The notes below the pieces were generated by a model, which saw only the letters and a list, made by a program, of their open reading frames with translations, made no database searches and was not told the DNA's origin. A DNA stretch of 64,000 bases, taken from Candidatus Poribacteria bacterium. GTDB lineage: Bacteria > Poribacteria > WGA-4E > WGA-3G. The stretch is taken from NCBI GenBank assembly GCA_965242965.1, contig OZ251518.1, forward strand, positions 5,184,001 through 5,248,000, in the 5' to 3' direction. Shown here in pieces: positions 10,818-20,115 of the stretch (the first letter of the stretch is position 1; each line of letters begins with the position of its first letter). The translations under genes and the position numbers were made by a program.

Positions 10818-13800
10818 TGATAACCTACGGAACAATCGTTAAATCCGAACTCTGGCAAGAGCCTGTTCAAGTCATCGCCTATCAGCCTATTTCTGATGGC
10901 GATGTCCATATTGTCGGCAAATTGACGCATTCGCAAAAATCGGTAGATCAGGTGCTTACATCGGCAGAGACAGCGACGTTGGAAATTGCCGCGGCGCAGT
11001 TAGATTGGACGGCGGAGGCGCGCCACGCTTTCCTCTGCCTTGAGGCGAAACGTTACCGATACGCCGCCCGCTATGCTCCCACGTTGGCAGTTAGCATCTC
11101 CAAAGTAGAGCCGCTGCCGCATCAAATCGAAGCGGTGTGGCGGGTGCTGAAACAGCAGCGCATCCGATTTCTCATCGCCGATGACCCGGGTGCAGGCAAG
11201 ACGGTAATGGCAGGGCTCATCGCGAAGGAGCTCAAACTCCGCAATCAGGCGCAACGCATCCTGATTGTCGTCCCCGGACATCTCGTCACACAGTGGATAC
11301 ACGAGATGAAAGATCGGTTTGAGGAGAATTTCATACACGTCACGCGTCCCTATGTCGATGCGCATCCGCAGGAAAACGTCTGGCATCGGGAGTCCCAGCT
11401 GATCACCTCCATAGATTTCGCGAGGCAAGACGACATCCGCGATGCCATCGCAAATGCGCAGTTCGATCTGGTTATCGTAGACGAAGCGCATAAGATGGCT
11501 GCCTATCAATATGGCGATAAAATTGAGAGAACGAAGCGGTATCAACTCGGCGAATGCCTCTCTCGCCAGACGACGCACCTTCTATTCCTCACGGCGACAC
11601 CGCACCGGGGCGATTCTGAAAACTTCCGGCTCTTCCTCGATCTACTTGAACCCGGCTTCTTCGCCGATGCCGCCCAAATTCAGGAATCAATTCAGCGGCA
11701 AGACAATCCACTCTTCATCCGCAGAATAAAAGAGGCACTCAAGGATTTTGAAGGGAATCCTCTCTTCTTGCCGCGGCACGTCAAGACACACCCGTTCCAA
11801 CTCGGTGTAGATTCTGAAAGCGAGATGAACCTCTATAATTCCCTCTCGGATTATATCAGAGAGCAGTATAACCGCTTTTCCGATGAGTCACAGAAGCGAA
11901 ACAACGTCGCCTTCGCCTTAGTCATCTTACAGCGGCGGCTCGCCTCTAGCACGCAGGCACTCTGTTTGTCCCTCCAACGCCGAAAACAGCGGCTCACAGA
12001 ACTGCTCCGGCAAGCATCCGCGATCTCAGCCGATATCTCCTCTTTGCCTAACGCACAGGCACTTGAGGAAGCGGAAGACCAGGGGGAAGCCGAACGGTGG
12101 GAACTTGAGGAGGAGTGGGCAGTCCTCTCTGTCGCCGAAAACCGCGAGGAGTTGGAAGACGAAATTGAGACGCTGAATCGTCTTGAACGCGAGGCGCAAC
12201 GGATTATTGACAGCGAAAGCGAACTCAAACTCAAGGCTCTCCGAGATGCGCTTGATGAACTGAATACAGAATACCCGAATCAGAAAATTCTCATCTTCAC
12301 GGAGTATTTTGATACGCTGGATTACCTTGAGCAGAAGGTAAAGGCGTGGGGATTTTCTGTCTCGGTTATCCACGGGAAAATGCCGCACGAACAGCGGATA
12401 GCGGCGCAGGATGCATTTCGGGATGAGACGCAACTCCTCTTGGCAACCGAAGCCGCGGGCGAAGGCATTAATCTCCAGTTCTGCCACCTTATGCTCAACT
12501 ATGATCTTCCGTGGAACCCGAATCGCTTGGAACAGCGGATGGGGCGCATCCACCGCTACGGACAGAAAAACGAGGTGCATGTCATCAATCTTGTCTCCAC
12601 CGATACGCGAGAGGGTGCCGTTTTTAACCGTCTTTTTGACAAACTGGAGACGATTCGCGCCGAACTCGGCAGCGACAGGGTTTACGATGTCATCGGCGAA
12701 CTCTTTCCGAAAAAGAATCTGGCGCAACTCATCTTGGAAGCCGCGACGAATACCCGCGGCGAGAGCCAAACCATCGTTGACGAACTTGAAACGACGCTGG
12801 ATGAGGCGCAACTCAACTTCCTGAAGGAATTCAATCAGGAGACGCTTGTCTCGCCTTTCATCAACTTGCCAGATGTGAAATCCCTCCAGCAGCAGTCCCG
12901 TGAGCAAGGCCTTATCCCGGAATACACGCGCGAATTCTTCCGGAAGGCACTTGAAACCCTCGGCGGTGAACTCCGACTGCGCAGAGATGGATTTTTCACG
13001 CTCCCGCGCATCCCAGCGGAAATCTGGAGAATTGCCCAGAAAACATCCAATACCGGTAGGAGAGACCTCCTGGTCTCGACAAATAGGAAAGCCCTCCCGG
13101 TCTCGACAAGTAGGCGAGACCTCGGGACTCGAAAACTGACGTTCGACAAATCCCTCGCGCAGGCGGACTCGACGGCAGAATTCATATCGTTCGGGCATCC
13201 ACTTTTCGAGGCGGTTATCCAGTGGGCAGAGCAAACCCTCGCCGATGCCCTCAAAACCGGTGCCTGCTTTGAAGACCCGGGGGGCAAATACAACGGTGTC
13301 ATCGCCTTTTACGAAGGTGAAATCTGCGACGGTGCGGACGCAATCGCCGGAAAACGACTCTTTGCTTTTTACCTCCCCGAAAACAGCGACGGTGTTACCA
13401 CAATCAACCCGACGCTTCTCTGGGATTTCCAAGAGGCAGAAGCGACTCCGGAAACAACACCGATGCAGATCGCTGACTTGGAGGCGAAAGTCGGCGTGCA
13501 CGTCCTCCAGCAGCTTGAGGAATATAAGCAAGAACTGGCCGGGGAACGTCAACGGCAGGTGGACATCAAAAGGCGATACGGTATCGCATCGTTGGAGCAA
13601 CTTATCATCAAACTAGATGGCGAGCTGCTAGAATTAGATATCCGTAGCAACAACGGCGAAGATGTTCGGCTTGTCAGACAAAACAAGCAGGAACAGAAAA
13701 CCCATTACGATGACAGGAAAGCGCGGTTGGAGGAGGCATGCCAGCAAGAAGTAACGCTTTTCAGAAAGCCTCCCACGTTTGCCGGTGCGATTCGCGTCAG

Positions 13801-14209
13801 ACCGGCGGCGGATGCCGATGCCTCCATGAAAACCGCTCCAGAAATTGAACGTATCGGCATGGAAGAAGCTACCCGTTATGAGGAAGAGCAGGGGAACACC
13901 GTCGAAGATGTCTCGGCAGAGAACCTCGGCTTCGATCTTCGTTCAACGACTCCTGATGGCTCTGTTCGATGCATTGAGGTAAAAGCCCGCGCTCTCCGCG
14001 CGCCGATAGTCCTCACTTGGAACGAATGGCACAAAGCGCGGCAACTGAAGGATGCCTATTATCTCTACGTTGTCTTCAACGCTGCCACGGAGCCGGAACT
14101 TCACCGTATTCAGGATCCGGCGCGGCTCCCGAACGTGCGTCCTATCACGGAGGTTCGGTATCAAGTTTCGGTTTCGGAGATAGTGGGGAATGGCTCCCTG
14201 GGAACGTAA
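10805..14209 (+). CDS. SNF2-like SF2 helicase with C-terminal DUF3883/NOV-C nuclease-like domain
   Basis: [30 protein letters not shown] and [12 protein letters not shown]; C-terminal [13 protein letters not shown]...IEVK...NEW. The start may instead be GTG at 10817. Confidence 0.9.
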   Translation: MEKIVITYGTIVKSELWQEPVQVIAYQPISDGDVHIVGKLTHSQKSVDQVLTSAETATLEIAAAQLDWTAEARHAFLCLEAKRYRYAARYAPTLAVSISKVEPLPHQIEAVWRVLKQQRIRFLIADDPGAGKTVMAGLIAKELKLRNQAQRILIVVPGHLVTQWIHEMKDRFEENFIHVTRPYVDAHPQENVWHRESQLITSIDFARQDDIRDAIANAQFDLVIVDEAHKMAAYQYGDKIERTKRYQLGECLSRQTTHLLFLTATPHRGDSENFRLFLDLLEPGFFADAAQIQESIQRQDNPLFIRRIKEALKDFEGNPLFLPRHVKTHPFQLGVDSESEMNLYNSLSDYIREQYNRFSDESQKRNNVAFALVILQRRLASSTQALCLSLQRRKQRLTELLRQASAISADISSLPNAQALEEAEDQGEAERWELEEEWAVLSVAENREELEDEIETLNRLEREAQRIIDSESELKLKALRDALDELNTEYPNQKILIFTEYFDTLDYLEQKVKAWGFSVSVIHGKMPHEQRIAAQDAFRDETQLLLATEAAGEGINLQFCHLMLNYDLPWNPNRLEQRMGRIHRYGQKNEVHVINLVSTDTREGAVFNRLFDKLETIRAELGSDRVYDVIGELFPKKNLAQLILEAATNTRGESQTIVDELETTLDEAQLNFLKEFNQETLVSPFINLPDVKSLQQQSREQGLIPEYTREFFRKALETLGGELRLRRDGFFTLPRIPAEIWRIAQKTSNTGRRDLLVSTNRKALPVSTSRRDLGTRKLTFDKSLAQADSTAEFISFGHPLFEAVIQWAEQTLADALKTGACFEDPGGKYNGVIAFYEGEICDGADAIAGKRLFAFYLPENSDGVTTINPTLLWDFQEAEATPETTPMQIADLEAKVGVHVLQQLEEYKQELAGERQRQVDIKRRYGIASLEQLIIKLDGELLELDIRSNNGEDVRLVRQNKQEQKTHYDDRKARLEEACQQEVTLFRKPPTFAGAIRVRPAADADASMKTAPEIERIGMEEATRYEEEQGNTVEDVSAENLGFDLRSTTPDGSVRCIEVKARALRAPIVLTWNEWHKARQLKDAYYLYVVFNAATEPELHRIQDPARLPNVRPITEVRYQVSVSEIVGNGSLGT

Positions 14210-14324
14210 TATAGTAGTTGCAGGAGATAGTTCTGAGGGGCACGTAGCGCGGGGGCCTGTCCCCCGCGTTGCCGTGGCCCACAAAGGCGGCCGATTTCGC
14301 AAATCACGGCCACCTCCCCTTTAA

Positions 14325-14375
14325 CTTGCAATTTAAAACTCGGACATTGTATAATATGCTAATGTCAATTGCAAG
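14325..14375 (+). promoter_or_regulatory. Sigma70-like promoter embedded in an inverted repeat
   Basis: TTGCAA (14326), 18 bp, TATAAT (14350); arms CTTGCAATT/AATTGCAAG and GACATT/AATGTC. Confidence 0.55.
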
Positions 14376-14388
14376 CGAGGATGAACTT

Positions 14389-14862
14389 ATGGACGAAAAA
14401 CAAGAACTGCTAGCAATCTACAAACTGCACGCGGAACTCGCCGACAGCGTCAGCAGACAACGCGCTACAGCAAACCGCTTCTATATGCTGGTGCTGTCCG
14501 GATTAGTCGTCCTCTTTTCCGCGCTGATCCAACGTCAAAACGGCATCCCACTCGGCATCCTCATGGTAGGTTTCGGGCTATTCGGTATGCTTTTGGCGGC
14601 GGCATGGTATGTCGTCATCCGTTCCTATCGCCAACTAAATTCCGGCAAATTCAAGGCGTTGCACGAATTGGAGGCGAAACTCGCCTACCCATTTTTCAAA
14701 CGCGAATGGGAATTGCTTGAGGAGGGGAAGGAACGGAAAACCTATTGGCGGCTAACTATCGTTGAAACGTTCGTGCCGTTCATTTTCTTTATCTGTTTCG
14801 TCGTCTTGCTAATTATCGGGATTTACCTCCTGGTTGCAAATGGGGCTGGCGGCGCGCAATGA
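14389..14862 (+). CDS. Small three-TM membrane protein resembling the RipA/octameric membrane protein family (putative pore-forming defence effector)
   Basis: YKLHAELADSVSRQRATANRFY...W...IRSYRQLNSGKF...LHELE...EW pattern with three hydrophobic segments. Confidence 0.65.
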   Translation: MDEKQELLAIYKLHAELADSVSRQRATANRFYMLVLSGLVVLFSALIQRQNGIPLGILMVGFGLFGMLLAAAWYVVIRSYRQLNSGKFKALHELEAKLAYPFFKREWELLEEGKERKTYWRLTIVETFVPFIFFICFVVLLIIGIYLLVANGAGGAQ

Positions 14863-14871
14863 AAATTAATT

Positions 14872-15425
14872 GAGGGTGTTTCATAACTCAAGAAACTGTC
14901 CGGTTACCGTAGCGCGGGGGACAGGCCCCCGCGAGCGTCCCGTAGGAGAGACCGCCCGGTCTCAATGCAACACTCTAAACCTTATTAAGGTCCTACGGAC
15001 CTTGATAGGGTGAAGCACGTGTTTCTATAGACATTTAGGTCCTACGGACCTAAAAGAGCGGTTCGGTGGACCGCAGCCTGGCGAGGGGAACCCTCTCGCA
15101 TGCGCGTGTGGCATGCGAGGGCCCTCGCCCTACGGTGAAAGGGGGCCGTTCTGCGGCCAAGAAACCGTCCGGTTACCGTAGCGCGGGGGCCTGTCCCCCG
15201 CGATCTCCATCGTCACGATGAGTGTTTCCCCTTCTGTAGTTCGGGAGCGCCCGCTCCCGAACGGGTCAGGATCAGGCGATCCTGAACTACAGCGGTGAGG
15301 CGGTCTGCCAGCCAAACGCATGGCGAGGGACAGGTTTTCCCACCGCCCTACGTGAAGAGTCGGCGTTTTTTACCGTAGCGCGGGGCATGTCACCGTTAAC
15401 GTTGAGCGATTTATGAAACACCCTC
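14872..15425. mobile_element. TIR-bounded REP mosaic element E5, flanked by AATTAATT on both sides
   Basis: Perfect 14-bp TIRs; AATTAATT at 14864-14871 and 15426-15433. Confidence 0.9.
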
Positions 15426-15500
15426 AATTAATTTGACAAATTTCGTTTTTATGTGGTATCATTTAAATGTAGACGAATTTTCCCACAAAAGGAGAACGAT

Positions 15501-16748
15501 ATGCTGAGAGAGGATTTAGCGATTGTCCCAATCGTTAGGGAAGCCACCCGCGCGCAAAGTGAGACCGTAGAGAGCGTTATCACCCGTTGGAATAGCGGGC
15601 GTATCGTCATTCCGGATTACCAGCGCGACGCAGAGCAGTGGGATCACCGGAAAGAATCCCTCTTCATTGAATCGTTGTTGAACAATCTTACTACACCGGC
15701 GTTCTTTTTTTCGGAAAACCACGAAACCGGTTCTATAGAGGTAGTTGACGGCCAACAACGGCTGAGCACCATCCTGAAATATGCGAAGGACCAGCTGCGT
15801 TTAATGGGCAATGGGGCTATTAACTATTTTGCCCCGCAAAACGTCCACTATAGCGGGAAAAATTTTTCGGAACTACCGAGGGCGTTCCAAAACGTCTTTA
15901 ACGACTATCCGCTCACGATTATTTACCTCCCGCCGAGCCTAGAGCTTTCAACGAAATTGGAAATCTTCCGGCGCATCAACGAAGGTGGAACGCCGCTCAC
16001 CGCGCACGATATCCGGCTCTCTTACTATAGCAAATCTAAGTGCGTTTATTTCATCCGCCTCGCCGGACTTTACGCAGAAACACCGGCTGCTCAGCGTATG
16101 GTAGCCGCTGCCGCGAAAAAGGAGGTTGCCAACCCGTGGAAACAATATCCTGACACGTGGGACCTCTGGAAAGCATGGTGGGAAGGTAAAGAACTCGCCA
16201 AAGGGCAAACTCCCTCGGCGATGATTCTCTGGTACCTCGTGTTTGGGCACAGAGAAAAGTTGCATAGCCTCATTTCCTCTCCGAATTCCATGAAGCATCT
16301 CCCGCTTGTGTTTCATGGTTCAACAGAAGAGGCACTTGACATCTATTGCGCGCAGTTGCAATACACCGACGATACAAAAGGTGGAACCCCGGTCTTCCCG
16401 ACTTACGGGAACGGGCTTGAAGCCGAATTCCAGAACTTCGTGAAGTGGATCGGCGCAATCCTCCAAAGCGGACTCCCCGGACTCAGTGTGGATAAATACA
16501 AACAAATGGCGTTGTTCATCGGAGCTGCAGTTGAATTGGGACTGGATCCGGCACAGTTGAACGATGGGACATGGGATGCAATCGCAGAATTTATACAAAC
16601 ACCGCGCTTGGCCGGAGAAAAGTGGCTTGCTGAAGAAGGAGGATATCCAGAATCAAGGGGCCGCTGGAAAGGCGAACGCGGACAAAAGACGCAATGTGAT
16701 ATGGCGAAACTCCTTTTATCACGAATTGTGGCGGAGTACTCATCATGA
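15501..16748 (+). CDS. DUF262 (GmrSD/ParB-like) domain protein
   Basis: IPDYQR, SLFIESLL, VVDGQQRL and IFRRINEGGTPL motifs. Confidence 0.88.
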   Translation: MLREDLAIVPIVREATRAQSETVESVITRWNSGRIVIPDYQRDAEQWDHRKESLFIESLLNNLTTPAFFFSENHETGSIEVVDGQQRLSTILKYAKDQLRLMGNGAINYFAPQNVHYSGKNFSELPRAFQNVFNDYPLTIIYLPPSLELSTKLEIFRRINEGGTPLTAHDIRLSYYSKSKCVYFIRLAGLYAETPAAQRMVAAAAKKEVANPWKQYPDTWDLWKAWWEGKELAKGQTPSAMILWYLVFGHREKLHSLISSPNSMKHLPLVFHGSTEEALDIYCAQLQYTDDTKGGTPVFPTYGNGLEAEFQNFVKWIGAILQSGLPGLSVDKYKQMALFIGAAVELGLDPAQLNDGTWDAIAEFIQTPRLAGEKWLAEEGGYPESRGRWKGERGQKTQCDMAKLLLSRIVAEYSS

Positions 16749-17017
16749 GCAAACTTCCAAAACATCTCCCGCCACGCGACCCGCGGGCACGGACTTTCCC
16801 AACCGCGTGGAAAGAATCGTATTTCCGAAGAAATTTCGACAAGAACCGCGGCGGCTATATCTGTCCGGATTGCAATAAAGCTTTCGCCGGACCCGCAGGG
16901 TTCCGGCAACTGGACGCGGATCACATCAAGCCCTATGCAAAAGGTGGACTAACCGTATGGGAAAACCTTATCTTGCGGTGCAAACCCTGCAACTCGGCGA
17001 AGAGTGACAAAATGTAG
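16745..17017 (+). CDS. HNH endonuclease
   Basis: CPDC...DADHIKPYAKGG...NL..RCKPCN..K; ATGA overlap with the DUF262 gene. Confidence 0.88.
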   Translation: MSKLPKHLPPRDPRARTFPTAWKESYFRRNFDKNRGGYICPDCNKAFAGPAGFRQLDADHIKPYAKGGLTVWENLILRCKPCNSAKSDKM

Positions 17018-17236
17018 AAAACCCAAAACGATTTGGAATTACGCTACAATCTCAACGTAATTCCAAAATCTCCGCGATGGAGGCAAACATGCTTAACTTT
17101 TTTAGTAGTCTCTTTTGATTTTCATCTTCTCAAACTAGACGCTAATACCTATTCAGAGGGTGCATAGGGAAACGACTTTCGTAAAAAATGGAAAAATTTT
17201 TAATTTCCCGAAAATAGTACCATAATGATGTTAGTT

Positions 17237-17685
17237 GAGGGGGGGGTCATATTTCGAGGCGTTCGGTAGGAGAGACCTTCTGGTCTCGATTTCTTCCTTG
17301 TAGGCGAGACCTCCTGGTCTCGATGCGCCGGTAGGCATCGGGCCCACCTCTGTAGTTCGGGAGCGCCCGCTCCCGAACAGGTCAGAATCAGGCGATCCTG
17401 ACCTACAGGGTCTGGCGCACGAACGATGGCGAGGGAAACCCGCTCGCATGCGCGTGTGGCATGGCGAGGGACAGGCCCTCGCCCTACGTGAAGGGACGGC
17501 GTTTTTTTTATCGTAGCGCGGGGGCCTGTCCCCCGCGAACGTTGGAGTGCACGAACGATGGCGAGGGACAGGCCCTCGCCCTACGTGAGGGGAGGCGTTT
17601 TTTATCGTAGCGCGGGGCCTCGGATGCCACACGCACACCCGAGCGGGTTTCCCCCGCGACGTTGAGCGATTTATGAAACACCCTG
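17237..17685. mobile_element. TIR-bounded REP mosaic element E6 (degenerate left TIR)
   Basis: GAGGGGGGGGTCATA on the left; CGACGTTGAGCGATTTATGAAACACCCTG on the right. Confidence 0.8.
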
Positions 17686-17718
17686 AATTAACAAACTACG
17701 CAATATGGAGGAATTCAA

Positions 17719-18162
17719 ATGACTTTGACAAAGGTTACCGTTCCCCAGAAGCATGATATGATTCTGCCCCGACTCAGACTGATGTCTGATGGACAAGGAT
17801 ACGGCATAAAGCAGATGGAAGAAGCTGTCATCGCAGATCTCGCGTTATCCGTTGAGCAGACGGAAATGCGGGTTGGCTCCGGGCAGCAGAAGCAGGTTTA
17901 CAATCGGATTAGTTATAGCAACACCGATTGCAAACACGCGGGTTATATTGAGCCCATTGAGAATAAACAGTGGCGAATCACGCCACTGGGACTGGAGGCT
18001 TACGAACTCCTTGAAGAATTGGAAACACAAGGACGTAGTGACGAGTCTATTCCACTTCTTCGCGAAATGGCCAAACCCAAGCACAATTTTATGGGCTCGC
18101 CGATAGGTGCTGTGACTGTGAAGGAGCTTAAACGGCTCCTTGGCGGTGCGACTTCGGGTTAG
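17719..18162 (+). CDS. Mrr N-terminal-like winged-helix protein without a nuclease domain
   Basis: VP..HDMILP.LRLMSDG...SG....YNRISY...KHAGYIE...WRITPLG matches the Mrr_N pattern; GGAGG RBS. Confidence 0.7.
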   Translation: MTLTKVTVPQKHDMILPRLRLMSDGQGYGIKQMEEAVIADLALSVEQTEMRVGSGQQKQVYNRISYSNTDCKHAGYIEPIENKQWRITPLGLEAYELLEELETQGRSDESIPLLREMAKPKHNFMGSPIGAVTVKELKRLLGGATSG

Positions 18163-18275
18163 GATAGGAGCCTGATCCGCTTGACTCTATACTTCCTGCG
18201 GATGTAAGGCGAGGTCTTTTGCTAGTTCAAACTCGGCAAGGCACAAGGCTTTGCCCTACAGCCCAAATCAGGACG

Positions 18276-18365
18276 AAAAAAATAAATTTGACAATTAATC
18301 GAAAATATGGTATCATATTAACAAGTTGTCAAATTTTCCCAACAACTCTACTCAAACGGCAGAGA
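18276..18365 (+). promoter_or_regulatory. Copy of the methyltransferase-type promoter cassette
   Basis: TTGACA (18288), 17 bp, TATCAT (18311); inverted repeat AAATTTGACAA/TTGTCAAATTT; similar to 19877 and 20007. Confidence 0.65.
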
Positions 18366-18579
18366 CATTTCTCCCCTTTCTGTAGTTTGCGATCGCCTGA
18401 TCGCAAACAAGTCAAGATCTGGCGATCTTGACTTACAGGGAGGGCACGTGTTTTCGATTTTCAGGAGCGACATCCAAACCGAAAACTAAATGACTCTGAC
18501 CAAAATTTTAAACTTGCTAAACATTCGGGATTATGTTAAAATTTAGCATAATCCCGAAATCTTCGCGATGGAGGCACGC

Positions 18580-18855
18580 ATGTTTAACTTTTTAACAGGT
18601 CTCTTTCGTAAAGAGACACCTGAACCCCCAACCACAGAGGCTCTCTTGAACCGTATCCCTTTCCACCTCGTGGAGGATTGGAAACCCGGCGACAGAGTGA
18701 GTTTCGCTGGCAGCCCTGGGAAGATTTATGATATTGTTCCTCATGAGATTCCCTCAGGGGAAAAGATCGCATCTATTGGTGTGATGTATGACGATGAGCC
18801 GGGTGTCATTCGGCTTGTTGAATCTGATTTTCACTTACTCAAATTTGAAGGCTGA
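18580..18855 (+). CDS. Small hypothetical protein (possibly an SH3-like beta barrel)
   Basis: GGAGG RBS; TTGCTA-17-TAAAAT promoter upstream; WKPGDRV...G...V.YD pattern. Confidence 0.6.
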   Translation: MFNFLTGLFRKETPEPPTTEALLNRIPFHLVEDWKPGDRVSFAGSPGKIYDIVPHEIPSGEKIASIGVMYDDEPGVIRLVESDFHLLKFEG

Positions 18856-18973
18856 TATCGACTCAGCGGCCGCGTAAGGGAACAGCTTCCCTCGGTTGCT
18901 ATACTGGAGAGAGGGTTTGCTGTTTTGACAGCACAGTGACCCTCCCCACCACGATAACGCTCAAAGGATTGAA

Positions 18974-19861
18974 ATGAAACAAGATCAAGTCATCATCTGG
19001 AAAGAGTTATCGCAGCAGATTGCCGCTTGCGCTTTTTCCAAAGCAGACTTAAGAACGCTTTGTGAAAGACTACAAGAGGCGAGTTACGAAGCAGCGAATG
19101 AGGAAATAAGCCATTACGCGCCGCCGGATCGGCCTGAAGAAGAAATCCTCAAAGATAAAGAATTGCTCAAATCGGGATTTGAACTCAAGGTAACCGTGAG
19201 CGGCATGAACGACGAGACGGTTTTTGGCACAATTCCTATGGTGTTTGACTCTGCCCGTTTTCCGGAAAAAATTAAGAGTCTTTATATCAACAGTAGCCAA
19301 GAGTTAAGAAATCTACACGACTGGGCTCCGCGGAATCGTTTTGAGTTGCTCTTAGATTTCACCAAACCCGCACGCATCAATTTCTTACTGGCACCCGCTG
19401 GGCCTACTCCGAACGCAAGCAAGATTCTTGTTACCGGACTGAATTCTGCTTGGGTTAATGGGGTCTATAGGGACGTTGTGGACTTCGTTAGGGGACGAAA
19501 AACGCATCGCCGACTGCTCCACAGAAGTGGGGTTTATGATTTGCTCCTCCTCTGCGGAGGCATCCCCTTCGCCTTTTCGATCTCCGCAAAACTCTCCGGC
19601 ATCATGAACACGCTGTTCGGCGAACTCTCCGGACTCCTGCACAGTGCCGCACAAGTCTATGTCTTCTTCATCGCACTCAGTTTGTTCCGAATCGTGTTTG
19701 ACTACGCCCGATGGATCTTCCCACTCGTAGAATATCAAGACCCGAGCGGAACAGTTATCAAACATAGAATCTTTTTGGGAGGACTCATCCTCGGCGTTCT
19801 CGGAAATTTCATCCATGATCTTCTCAAAATTCTCCCAGGCTTCCTGACCCCAAATCCCTAA
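18974..19861 (+). CDS. Hypothetical protein with a soluble N-terminal domain and three C-terminal TM helices
   Basis: 295-aa ORF with AAGGA RBS and hydrophobic segments in the last 110 aa. Confidence 0.7.
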   Translation: MKQDQVIIWKELSQQIAACAFSKADLRTLCERLQEASYEAANEEISHYAPPDRPEEEILKDKELLKSGFELKVTVSGMNDETVFGTIPMVFDSARFPEKIKSLYINSSQELRNLHDWAPRNRFELLLDFTKPARINFLLAPAGPTPNASKILVTGLNSAWVNGVYRDVVDFVRGRKTHRRLLHRSGVYDLLLLCGGIPFAFSISAKLSGIMNTLFGELSGLLHSAAQVYVFFIALSLFRIVFDYARWIFPLVEYQDPSGTVIKHRIFLGGLILGVLGNFIHDLLKILPGFLTPNP

Positions 19862-19876
19862 AAATCCGTTATTTGT

Positions 19877-20115
19877 AAAAATAAATTTGACAATTAATCC
19901 AAAATATGGTATCATATTCAACACATTGTCAAATTTTTCAAAAAAACGGAGACCAGCGTGAAACAACGACAAACGCATCATCGAAACCGATGAATGTCTC
20001 TAAAATAAAAAATAAATTTGACAATTAACCCATTTTGTGGCATCATATTAACACGTTTTCCACTATTCTACCCAAACGGAGACTCGCGTGAGCAACGACA
20101 AACGCATCATTGAGA
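19877..20115 (+). repeat. Tandem ~130-bp duplication of the promoter plus 5' end of the DUF1156 methyltransferase gene
   Basis: AAAAATAAATTTGACAATTAA...AAACGGAGAC...GCGTG...CAACGACAAACGCATCAT occurs at 19877-19982 and 20007-20110. Confidence 0.8.

Noticed and set aside
12026-13600. 524-aa antisense ORF in the helicase (also 9464-10624 antisense to copA)
   Set aside because: Antisense shadows of GC-rich genes with no recognisable motifs.
14210-20088. Integron cassette array
   Set aside because: No integron integrase and no RYYYAAC...GTTRRRY attC boundaries seen, and the genes carry their own promoters.
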